From: Gammaproteobacteria bacterium | Lineage (GTDB): Bacteria; Pseudomonadota; Gammaproteobacteria; Magnimaribacterales; D2472 | NCBI GenBank assembly: GCA_008080945.1 | Contig: VMDH01000034.1 | Coordinates: 1-63,354, forward strand | Length of the DNA stretch: 63,354 nucleotides | Reading direction: 5' to 3' | Shown here: piece after piece, positions 46,561-54,113 of the stretch | Position numbering within the stretch: the first letter of the stretch is position 1 | Layout: every line of letters begins with the position of its first letter | The notes under the pieces: model-generated | What the model saw: the letters and a program-made list of their open reading frames with translations, nothing else | The model's database searches: none | What the model was told of the DNA's origin: nothing | Program-made: the position numbers and the translations under genes

Positions 46561-48651
46561 GTGAATGAATTAAATTTAAATGCAGATGTTATCGAATTTC
46601 AATATGGAGACAGAAACTATAAGTTAGAAGCAAATAAAGTAGCCAGACAAACCACTGCGAGTGTCATGGTAACAACAGGTGACACCGTTGTTCTTGCAAC
46701 AGTAGTTGCTAAAAAAGAATCTGATCCTGCTAAGGATTTCTTTCCTTTAGCAGTGTTTTATCAAGAAAAATTCTATGCCGCAGGAAAAATTCCTGGCGGA
46801 TATTTTAAAAGAGAGGCTAGGCCAACTGAACAAGAAACTCTAACTTCAAGATTAATCGATAGGCCTATCAGACCATTATTTCCAAGTTCTTTTACTAATG
46901 AGGTACAAATTATTACAACTGTAATGTCCCTAGAGAAAGGTTGCGATGCTGATATTCCTGCAATGATTGGTGCATCTGCTGCATTAGCATTATCCGGCAT
47001 TCCATTTCAGGGACCGATTGCAGCGGCCAAAGTTGGTTTTATTAATAACAGTTTTGTCCTTAACCCAAATAGAGAGCAGCTAGCTAATTCAATGTTAGAT
47101 ATGGTGGTTGCTGGAACGAAAGATGCAGTGTTAATGGTTGAGTCTGAAGCTCATGAATTAGATGAAGACTTAATGCTGGGAGCAGTACTATTTGGGCATC
47201 AAGAACAACAAGTTGTGATAGATGCTATTAATACTTTTAAAGCTAATTGTGGAGCAGAGCCCTGGGAAGTTGAAGATGTTCCAAGTATTAGCACTTACCA
47301 AGAACACATTGTAAATAACTATAGCGAGGCAATTAAAACTGCTTTTACCATCAGAGATAAAGCCGATAGAGGTAATGCAATTGGTGATATCAAAGAAAAG
47401 ATACTTGCTGATTTTGAAGAAGTTGATGATCTTGAGAAGGGCAGGGTCCTTACTGCATTTAAAAATACTGAAAAGAATATTGTCAGAGAAAATATTCTCT
47501 CAAATCAACCTAGAATAGACGGCCGAGATTTAGATACAGTTAGGCCTCTGGCTATAGAAACTTCGCTTCTTCCAAGAGCACATGGCTCAGCATTATTCAC
47601 CAGAGGTGAAACTCAGGCAATAGTTGCTGCAACATTAGGCTCTGTTAAAGACATGCAAAGACTTGAATCTCTTCATGGCGAGGAGCAAGATCCATTTATG
47701 CTTCACTACAATTTCCCAGGCTATAGCGTTGGAGAAATTAGTATGCCAATGGGACCAAAGAGAAGAGAAATCGGTCATGGAAATCTAGCAAAAAGAGCAA
47801 TTAGACCAGTACTCCCTAATAGTGACGAATTTGGTTATACCCTCAGGGTCGTGTCAGAAATTACCGAATCCAATGGATCTAGTTCTATGGCTACAGTCTG
47901 CGGAACTTCATTATCTCTTATGGATGCAGGTGTCCCTCTCAAAAGCCCAGTAGCTGGTGTTGCCATGGGTTTAATCAAAGAGGGAGACAAGTTTGCAGTT
48001 CTAACTGACATCTTAGGGGATGAAGATCATTTAGGAGATATGGATTTCAAAGTTGCTGGATCTGCTGACGGAGTAACTGCACTTCAAATGGATATAAAAA
48101 TTGAAGGTATCAACGAAGAAATAATGGAAACAGCACTAGTAAAAGCAAAAGCAGCAAGAATGCATATTCTAGATAGAATGAATCAAGTTATTTCTTCGCC
48201 TAAAGAGTTATCGGAATCTGCTCCAAGCATGACAAAGATGACTGTTGCTCAAGATAAGATTAAGGAAATCATTGGCAAAGGCGGGGCTGTTATCAAGGCT
48301 ATACAAGCGGAAACTGAAGCAAGTGTTGATATTAATGATGATGGCGAGGTAACTGTATTTGCTGAAAACAAAAGCTCTATGCAGGCAGCGCTTGATAGAA
48401 TTGAAAAGATCATAGAAGAACCAGAATTGAACAAAGTTTATGAAGGAACCGTTGTTAAAATAGTTGAATTTGGTGCCTTCGTTAATATATTGCCTGGGAA
48501 AGATGGTTTATTGCATATATCTGAAATTTCTCAAGAAAGAGTTGAAGATGTGAATTCTGTCTTAAGCGAAGGTGACGTAATATCCGTTAAGCTAATAGGG
48601 TTTGATAGAGGTAAACTCAAACTGTCAAAAAAAGCCTTAGATCAAAACTAA
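46561..48651 (+). CDS. pnp: Polyribonucleotide nucleotidyltransferase (PNPase)
   Basis: 696 aa with two RNase PH domains (RIDGRDLDTVRP, ILGDEDHLGDMDFKVAG), then KH (IGKGGAVIKAI) and S1 (GTVVKIVEFGAFV). GTG start 13 nt after the rpsO stop. Confidence 0.96.
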   Translation: MNELNLNADVIEFQYGDRNYKLEANKVARQTTASVMVTTGDTVVLATVVAKKESDPAKDFFPLAVFYQEKFYAAGKIPGGYFKREARPTEQETLTSRLIDRPIRPLFPSSFTNEVQIITTVMSLEKGCDADIPAMIGASAALALSGIPFQGPIAAAKVGFINNSFVLNPNREQLANSMLDMVVAGTKDAVLMVESEAHELDEDLMLGAVLFGHQEQQVVIDAINTFKANCGAEPWEVEDVPSISTYQEHIVNNYSEAIKTAFTIRDKADRGNAIGDIKEKILADFEEVDDLEKGRVLTAFKNTEKNIVRENILSNQPRIDGRDLDTVRPLAIETSLLPRAHGSALFTRGETQAIVAATLGSVKDMQRLESLHGEEQDPFMLHYNFPGYSVGEISMPMGPKRREIGHGNLAKRAIRPVLPNSDEFGYTLRVVSEITESNGSSSMATVCGTSLSLMDAGVPLKSPVAGVAMGLIKEGDKFAVLTDILGDEDHLGDMDFKVAGSADGVTALQMDIKIEGINEEIMETALVKAKAARMHILDRMNQVISSPKELSESAPSMTKMTVAQDKIKEIIGKGGAVIKAIQAETEASVDINDDGEVTVFAENKSSMQAALDRIEKIIEEPELNKVYEGTVVKIVEFGAFVNILPGKDGLLHISEISQERVEDVNSVLSEGDVISVKLIGFDRGKLKLSKKALDQN

Positions 48652-48756
48652 TATATTTGTCAAATTAGCAAATTATTTATTTGTTAAATAATTTGTATCC
48701 TTTCAAATTTTATGATCTCATATGGTAGTTAACCATAATAAACATAGGGGGAAATT

Positions 48757-48975
48757 ATGGATAATGCATTAGCGATGATTAAAGGTCTTGTGACTAGCTT
48801 AACAAGTATTCTTGTAGCTGTTGTTGGCCTTGGAGTGGTAGCTGGAGTTGTATTCGGTGAATCATGGTTCTTTGGAGACGTTCTAGGTAATCTAGTTGGG
48901 CTCATTCAAGACCTTGGTGATGCTGGATTAGTAGGTCTTTTAGCTGCTGCAATCCTCATCGGGCTTCTTAAGTAA
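48757..48975 (+). CDS. Small Gly/Ala/Val-rich double-TM protein, unknown function (paralogue A)
   Basis: 72 aa. Strong SD AGGGGGA 4 nt before the ATG. Two hydrophobic helices with stacked GxxxG motifs (GLGVVAGVVFG, GDVLGNLVG). Visibly more GC-rich than its surroundings. Collinear with the next ORF. Confidence 0.55.
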   Translation: MDNALAMIKGLVTSLTSILVAVVGLGVVAGVVFGESWFFGDVLGNLVGLIQDLGDAGLVGLLAAAILIGLLK

Positions 48976-48996
48976 TAACTTAAGTACATTTAACAT

Positions 48997-49018
48997 CTAG
49001 CAGGGCTTGCCCTGCTAG
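48997..49018 (+). terminator. GC-rich perfect palindrome between the two small ORFs (hairpin, no U-tract)
   Basis: CTAGCAGGGC-TT-GCCCTGCTAG, i.e. a 9-bp stem plus CTTG loop as RNA. It is followed by GTGTCCCG rather than a T run. One of the two GC-rich stem-loops I spotted in a spacer, the other being the hairpin after tRNA-fMet. Confidence 0.45.
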
Positions 49019-49038
49019 GTGTCCCGTTATAGGATAAA

Positions 49039-49266
49039 ATGTTTAAGATTTCTTTAGGCTCGATAAAAAACTTCTTAGAAAAGCTCACCAATGTTCTAAT
49101 TCCTGTAATAGTAGTTTCACTACTGCTGGGAATAATTTTTGGACCCAATGCCCCATTTATTGGAAACATTTATACAAATGTAAGCAATATAATTGGGATG
49201 ATCGGCCAAGATGGATTATTGGCACTAATTTCAATAATTATTATTCTAGCTTATTTGAAGAAGTAA
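49039..49266 (+). CDS. Small double-TM protein, unknown function (paralogue B)
   Basis: 75 aa with SD AGGA. Shares with paralogue A the pattern IK..L..LT..L..V......G..FG....F.G....N.....I...G..GL..L.....I....LK (roughly 30% identity by eye) and a basic C-terminus. Confidence 0.55.
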   Translation: MFKISLGSIKNFLEKLTNVLIPVIVVSLLLGIIFGPNAPFIGNIYTNVSNIIGMIGQDGLLALISIIIILAYLKK

Positions 49267-49285
49267 TTAGCTGCCTCAATAAGAG

Positions 49286-49362
49286 TGGTGGCTATGGGTG
49301 GAATTGAACCACCGACCCCGGCGTTATGAGTGCCGTGCTCTAACCGACTGAGCTACATAGCC
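49286..49362 (-). tRNA. Elongator tRNA-Met (anticodon CAT)
   Basis: The reverse complement is GGCTATGTAGCTCAGTCGGTTAGAGCACGGCACTCATAACGCCGGGGTCGGTGGTTCAATTCCACCCATAGCCACCA. Acceptor and D arms match E. coli elongator tRNA-Met (GGCTACGTAGCTCAGTTGGTTAGAGCAC) rather than tRNA-Ile2. The 31:39 pair is A/C. Confidence 0.9.
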
Positions 49363-49375
49363 AAATTTTTCAACA

Positions 49376-49403
49376 ATAATATAGTTCTGTTTCTTGTTGT
49401 CAA
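49376..49403 (-). promoter_or_regulatory. Candidate sigma70 promoter for tRNA-Met
   Basis: On the minus strand: TTGACA (49403-49398, overlapping the ychF TGA stop), a 16-nt spacer, then TATTAT (49381-49376). This ends 13 nt before the tRNA 5' end. Confidence 0.4.
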
Positions 49404-50485
49404 ACATTAAATTTAAAATGGACTATATCACCATCAATCATTAGATATTCTTTTCCCTCGAGTCTAACCTTGCCTTGGGTCTTGGCATTTTGTAATCCAG
49501 CGCAATCAATAAAATCATGGTAAGACAACACTTCAGCCTTTATAAACCCTTTTTGGAAATCAGTATGGATTGTTCCAGCTGCCTGTGGGGCTGTAGATCC
49601 AATTTTAAAACTCCAGGCTCTTGATTCATTTGGGCCTGTAGTAAAAAAGGTCCCCATATTAAGCAGATTGTATGAAGCAAGTATAATTTTCTCCAATACA
49701 GTATTTTCCATTCCCAATACTTCTAAGTATTCCATTCTTTCGCTTGGATCCAATTGAGCAATTTCTAACTCGTTCTTTATAACAGCATTAATAACCTCAA
49801 TATTTTTTTCTTTGCAAATTAGATTTAATTCTTCAAGATTATTAGAATCTGCATTCTCACTTACATTTGCAATCACTAATACTGGCTTAAACGTAAGTAA
49901 GTTTAATGAACTAAGATAATTCATTTGATGGTCATCGAAACTTGAGGTATCAAGATTTGCTTCCGTTTCGATAGCAATTTTTGCAGCTTGCAAGACCTCA
50001 TATTCTTTTTGTAAAGCCTTCTCCCCTGATCTTAATTTTTTTTCAATCTTTTGCATGCTATTTTCTAGCATTGAGATATCTGCCAATGCTAGTTCAAGAT
50101 TTATTACAGCAAAATCATTGCTGGGATTGGTTTCTCCATGAACATGGACAATCTTTTCGTCATCAAAACATCTAACAACATGCAAAATAGCATTTACCTC
50201 TCTAATATTGGCCAAAAAAGCATTGCCTAAACCTTCCCCATTAGCAGCACCTTTCACCAAGCCTGCAATATCAACAAAAGTAGTGGTATTTTGTATTTTT
50301 GTTGCTGATTTTGTAATCGAATGAATTTTATCTAATCTTGTATCTGGAAGATTGACTACCCCAATATTAGGCTCGATGGTACAAAATGGAAAATTTTCAG
50401 CAGGAATACTTGCTTCCGTTAGGGCATTAAATAGACTGGATTTACCAACATTTGGAAGCCCAACAATTCCACATTTTAATGCCAC
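49400..50485 (-). CDS. ychF: Ribosome-binding ATPase YchF
   Basis: 361 aa with GIVGLPNVGKSSLFNALT, a C-terminal TGS-like domain and FIKAEV. GTG start shares 1 nt with the pth TAG stop. Confidence 0.95.
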   Translation of the reverse strand: MALKCGIVGLPNVGKSSLFNALTEASIPAENFPFCTIEPNIGVVNLPDTRLDKIHSITKSATKIQNTTTFVDIAGLVKGAANGEGLGNAFLANIREVNAILHVVRCFDDEKIVHVHGETNPSNDFAVINLELALADISMLENSMQKIEKKLRSGEKALQKEYEVLQAAKIAIETEANLDTSSFDDHQMNYLSSLNLLTFKPVLVIANVSENADSNNLEELNLICKEKNIEVINAVIKNELEIAQLDPSERMEYLEVLGMENTVLEKIILASYNLLNMGTFFTTGPNESRAWSFKIGSTAPQAAGTIHTDFQKGFIKAEVLSYHDFIDCAGLQNAKTQGKVRLEGKEYLMIDGDIVHFKFNV

Positions 50486-51057
50486 TATAACTTCTCTGAA
50501 GTATGAAGAAATTTCTGAGCATCTGCTACATGATGATTCGATAGCATATCTACTGCTCTCAAAAATCTATAAAAGGAATTATCCAATTCATCTTGATCTT
50601 GCTTAGAGAATTTTGTTAGAACCCAGGAAGTAACTAAATCTTTATTTCCTGGATGATTAATTCCAACTCTAATACGCATAAAATCTGCTGAGCAATGTTT
50701 AATTATATCTCTCAACCCATTGTGTCCCCCATGACCGCCACCATCTTTGATTCGAATTTGGCCAACAGGTAAATCCAGATCATCATGAATAACAAACACA
50801 TTATTGGAAGAATAGTTTTTATTTTTTAGAATTTTTTTGATGGCCACACCTGATTCATTTACATAACAATCAGGAATAATCCATTCAATGACTTGATCAT
50901 GGCTCACTGCAGAGTGAGATTTTTCTTTTGAGCTATAGCTTAGTTCTAGACCATAATTTTCGATAGCTTTTATAATCCAATCGCTGCCAATATTATGCTT
51001 TGTATTAATATATTTTTTACCAGGATTACCTAGGCCAATCATGCATATTTTTTGCAT
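50485..51057 (-). CDS. pth: Peptidyl-tRNA hydrolase
   Basis: 190 aa with MIGLGNPGKKYINTKHNIG, HDDLDLPVGQIRIK and GGHGGHNGLRDI. Confidence 0.93.
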   Translation of the reverse strand: MQKICMIGLGNPGKKYINTKHNIGSDWIIKAIENYGLELSYSSKEKSHSAVSHDQVIEWIIPDCYVNESGVAIKKILKNKNYSSNNVFVIHDDLDLPVGQIRIKDGGGHGGHNGLRDIIKHCSADFMRIRVGINHPGNKDLVTSWVLTKFSKQDQDELDNSFYRFLRAVDMLSNHHVADAQKFLHTSEKL

Positions 51058-51075
51058 AAGTCTAGGAAGGGCGGG

Positions 51076-51783
51076 TTAAGAAGACTCTTCGCTAGCTTCT
51101 TCTGCCCCTTCTTCTGAACCAGCCTCATCAGAAGCTTCAGATGAGGTTTCTTCTCCAGATTCTGTTTCATCAGCCTCAGAAGCAAGATCTTCTTCAGGCT
51201 CTTCAATGATTTTAGGAATTTGAACATTCAGTACCTGTTGATCATGTTCTTCATCGAGACCAGGTATTTCTACTCCTTCAGGTAAAGGAATTTCTGTTAA
51301 TCTGACTGATTGATCCAGTTCTAGATTAGTAATATCAACTTCTAATGATTCAGGAATATTGCCAGCTAAACAAGCTACTTCTATCTCAACAATGTTTCTA
51401 GTCAACACTCCACCTTCTTTAATGCCTAAACACTCATCTTCACCAATAATTTTAATAGGCAATACAACTTTCAATTTAGTTTTACTGGATACTCTTTGAA
51501 AATCTGCATGTAAGAATTTACCTTTTTCAGGCTCTCTTTGAAGCTCTTTAAGCACTACTTTTTCGTCATTACCTTCAAGCTTGATCAATAAAACCTGTGT
51601 ATAGAAATTTTCATCCATTGAGGCTTTAGCAATTTCATTAAGGGGGACTTTAATATTTTTAGATTCTTGTTCGTTACCATAAATAACTGCAGGAACCATA
51701 CTGTCCTCTCTGCGAATTTCTCTGTTTTTATTGGTTCCAAGCCTTTGGCGCAATTCAGCGTTTAGAAAAATTTGTTCTGACAT
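51076..51783 (-). CDS. rplY: 50S ribosomal protein L25 / general stress protein Ctc, with acidic tail
   Basis: 235 aa. N-terminal LNAELRQRLGTNKNREIRREDSMVPAVIYG and two beta-barrel domains. The last ~45 aa are a Glu/Ser/Asp-rich low-complexity tail. prs-ctc-pth-ychF order. Confidence 0.9.
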   Translation of the reverse strand: MSEQIFLNAELRQRLGTNKNREIRREDSMVPAVIYGNEQESKNIKVPLNEIAKASMDENFYTQVLLIKLEGNDEKVVLKELQREPEKGKFLHADFQRVSSKTKLKVVLPIKIIGEDECLGIKEGGVLTRNIVEIEVACLAGNIPESLEVDITNLELDQSVRLTEIPLPEGVEIPGLDEEHDQQVLNVQIPKIIEEPEEDLASEADETESGEETSSEASDEAGSEEGAEEASEESS

Positions 51784-51795
51784 TAGAAATTCCTT

Positions 51796-52752
51796 TTATA
51801 AAAATAGAGCGCTCAACGACTCTTCATTATTTAATCTTCGTATGCACTCCGCCAATGTTGGTGCCAGCGAAATGGTGCGTATTTTACTGCATTTTTGCAC
51901 TTCTTGGGAAGGCTCAATTGAGTTTGTTACCACTAACTCATCTATGTGTGATTCATTGATTCTTTCCAAAGCAGGACCAGAAAGCACCGGATGGGTTATA
52001 TAAGCATAAACACTCATTGCTCCCGCATCCTTCAGTGCTTTTGCAGCATTACAAATAGTACCCGCAGTATCAATGATGTCATCTGGCAGAATGCATATTT
52101 TGCCCTCAATTTCTCCAATGATATTCATAACTTCAGATTGGTTAGCTTTTTGCCTTCTTTTATCAATGATTGCTAAGTCAGCATCTTTTAAAAACTTTGC
52201 AAGTGCTCTTGCTCGGACTACGCCGCCGACATCTGGGGAGACTACCGTTAATGATTTTTTCTTAAAATTATTTTGAATATCATCATGCATAATTTTTGTT
52301 GCATAGACATTATCTGCAGGAATATCAAAGAAGCCTTGAATAGTTTCAGAATGCAAATCAACTGTTAGCACTCTGTTAATTCCGGCAATATTAAGCATAT
52401 CTGCAACAATTTTTGCACTAATTGGAACTCTTGCAGATCTAACTCTTCTATCTTGTCTGGCGTAACCAAAGTAGGGAATAACAGCAGTAATTTTAGCGGC
52501 TGATGATCTTTTAAGAGCGTCAGCAATCAAGAGCAATTCCATCAAATTATCATTGGTAGGATAAGAAGTTGACTGAATTATGTAAGTTTCATGACCCCTA
52601 ACATTTTCAAGAATTTCAACCTTAGTTTCTCCATCAGAAAATTGTCCAAGCTCTATCTTACCTAGTTCAATTCCAAGCAATCTAGACACTTCCTTGGCAA
52701 GATTAGCTGAAGCCGATCCTGAGAATAATGTTACTTTTTGTTTACCCAACAT
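51796..52752 (-). CDS. prs: Ribose-phosphate pyrophosphokinase
   Basis: [24 protein letters not shown] and [10 protein letters not shown] chose the ATG at 52752 ([15 protein letters not shown]...). The longer TTG-initiated ORF to 52785 would read through the tRNA-Gln gene. Confidence 0.95.
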   Translation of the reverse strand: MLGKQKVTLFSGSASANLAKEVSRLLGIELGKIELGQFSDGETKVEILENVRGHETYIIQSTSYPTNDNLMELLLIADALKRSSAAKITAVIPYFGYARQDRRVRSARVPISAKIVADMLNIAGINRVLTVDLHSETIQGFFDIPADNVYATKIMHDDIQNNFKKKSLTVVSPDVGGVVRARALAKFLKDADLAIIDKRRQKANQSEVMNIIGEIEGKICILPDDIIDTAGTICNAAKALKDAGAMSVYAYITHPVLSGPALERINESHIDELVVTNSIEPSQEVQKCSKIRTISLAPTLAECIRRLNNEESLSALFL

Positions 52753-52758
52753 AGTCCT

Positions 52759-52833
52759 TGGCTGGGGTGGTTGGATTCGAACCAACGCATCACGGGATCA
52801 AAACCCGTTGCCTTACCGCTTGGCTACACCCCA
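52759..52833 (-). tRNA. tRNA-Gln (anticodon TTG)
   Basis: The reverse complement is TGGGGTGTAGCCAAGCGGTAAGGCAACGGGTTTTGATCCCGTGATGCGTTGGTTCGAATCCAACCACCCCAGCCA. Anticodon loop TTTTGAT and encoded CCA. Same ispE-tRNAGln-prs position as in Pseudomonas. Confidence 0.93.
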
Positions 52834-53640
52834 TAGTTCATAAATAGGTGAATATTGTAATGCTTTGCATTTAAAAGATCTCCAATTAGGAGGAATTTTT
52901 TCTGCAATTTTGCTCAGCGTATTAAAGTTTTTATCTTCAAAAAAGATAGTTGAGCCTGTTCCTGATAAGCGAATTAGATTTTGAATGTTTAATTCAATTA
53001 ATTTCGATTTAACATTAGAAAATTTCCGAAAAAATACTTTGTTAAAGTCGTTAGCATTTTCCTCAGGCAGAGAGGATTTATTTTCTTTATCAAATTCATC
53101 AAAGAGCTCTTTAGTGGATGATTTAATATTGGGAACTAATAATGAGAAATCTTTCAAAGGAAATTCTTTTGGGGTAAATAGTTCACCGGTGCCGGAAATA
53201 ATTCCGCTTTGACTTCTTATAAAAAAAGGCACATCTGAGCCTAGCATATGTCCGATTTGCACTAATTCTTTGCGACTAAGTTTGAGTTTAAATAAACTAT
53301 TCAATGCTAATAAAGTGGTGGCTGCATTTGAGCTGCCACCTCCAAGCCCGCTCTGTACAGGAATATTTTTCTTCAAGTAGATCTTACATGGGAGATTTTG
53401 GTTTGTGACGTCTTGAAGAGCTTTATGTGCCTTAGTGACTAAATTTGAGCTTGATGAACAATCTATATTACCTTGAACTTGTAATTCATATGTTATGTTG
53501 TTTTCAAGCTCAATTGTTATTTCATCGTAAAGATCAATAAATTGCATACTGGAAGAAATTGCATGCAATCCATTGCTTTGTTTTTCTAGGATTTTTAGAT
53601 CTAAATTTAGTTTAGCGCAAGATAAAAATTTAGTTTTCAT
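52813..53640 (-). CDS. ispE: 4-diphosphocytidyl-2-C-methyl-D-erythritol kinase
   Basis: 275-aa GHMP kinase with KKNIPVQSGLGGGSSNAATTLLAL and LGSDVPFF. The last 6 codons plus the TAA lie inside the tRNA-Gln gene. Confidence 0.88.
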   Translation of the reverse strand: MKTKFLSCAKLNLDLKILEKQSNGLHAISSSMQFIDLYDEITIELENNITYELQVQGNIDCSSSSNLVTKAHKALQDVTNQNLPCKIYLKKNIPVQSGLGGGSSNAATTLLALNSLFKLKLSRKELVQIGHMLGSDVPFFIRSQSGIISGTGELFTPKEFPLKDFSLLVPNIKSSTKELFDEFDKENKSSLPEENANDFNKVFFRKFSNVKSKLIELNIQNLIRLSGTGSTIFFEDKNFNTLSKIAEKIPPNWRSFKCKALQYSPIYELWGVAKR

Positions 53641-54113
53641 CCCTCTTGCTTCAGATTAAATTCACCAGAGAAACCGTGATAGGTTTTGAATTTTATTTCT
53701 AAATCATTGCCTGAATTTTTACTACAAATAACAAATGTTTCTTGGAAAGATCTCTGCATTGAACCTTTTGAGAGGCATTTACTTAAAGTTTCTCTGATCA
53801 ATCCTTTGTCCTCAGACAAACTTCTCTCAAAATCTTTTAAAAAATCCATGTCGGTGTTAACGAAAGTAACTTTGCTGCCTTCTGAACTAATCTTGATATC
53901 TCCAATCTTTCCTACAATGGGTTTGATAAGTTGTATAATTATTCCCGTTGGATCCTCATATACAACAACATTTGATTTTAATTGAGATTGATTATTTTTA
54001 ACCAACACAGTACCGAAATATTTATTAAAACCCTCTTGGGTGGGCACGCTTTGGCATGCAGCTATCACACCAAAAACAACTAACCAGATCATGGGTTTGT
54101 ATTTATTTGGCAT
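53637..54113 (-). CDS. lolB: Outer-membrane lipoprotein LolB-like (short)
   Basis: 158 aa with a lipoprotein signal peptide and lipobox (MPNKYKPMIWLVVFGVIAAC). Weak collinearity with LolB. Conserved slot between ispE and the divergent hemA. ATGA overlap with ispE. Confidence 0.55.
   Translation of the reverse strand: MPNKYKPMIWLVVFGVIAACQSVPTQEGFNKYFGTVLVKNNQSQLKSNVVVYEDPTGIIIQLIKPIVGKIGDIKISSEGSKVTFVNTDMDFLKDFERSLSEDKGLIRETLSKCLSKGSMQRSFQETFVICSKNSGNDLEIKFKTYHGFSGEFNLKQEG

Noticed and set aside
48670-48694. 10-bp inverted repeat AAATTATTTA-tttgt-TAAATAATTT just after pnp, a possible terminator.
   Set aside because: The stem is entirely A/T, so the hairpin is very weak, and no T-tract follows. 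It may be coincidental in AT-rich sequence, so I do not call it a terminator.
49267-49399. Possibility that the small-ORF region next to tRNA-Met is a remnant integrated element (tRNA genes being integration hot spots; the small proteins are coat/pilin-like).
   Set aside because: There is no integrase, no direct repeat of the tRNA 3' end that I could find, and no other phage or conjugation gene. The segment is only ~0.6 kb. I kept it as a speculation inside the finding, not as a mobile-element call.
51076-51215. Highly acidic Glu/Ser/Asp low-complexity coding stretch, plus the 62-aa ORF at 51039-51227 in another frame.
   Set aside because: It is the in-frame C-terminal tail of L25/Ctc, and acidic tails occur in long Ctc forms. 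The alternative-frame ORF is a Lys-rich shadow of the repetitive GAA/GAG codons.
52753-52785. N-terminal extension of the prs ORF (TTG at 52785, [11 protein letters not shown]...).
   Set aside because: These 11 codons are simply the tRNA-Gln gene read as protein. The ATG at 52752 gives an N-terminus that aligns with Prs.
54040-54090. GTG-initiated 17-codon extension of hemA.
   Set aside because: The extension (MGTLWHAAITPKTTNQI) has no counterpart in HemA and would lengthen the head-to-head overlap with lolB to 74 bp. The ATG at 54091 aligns exactly with the E. coli start.
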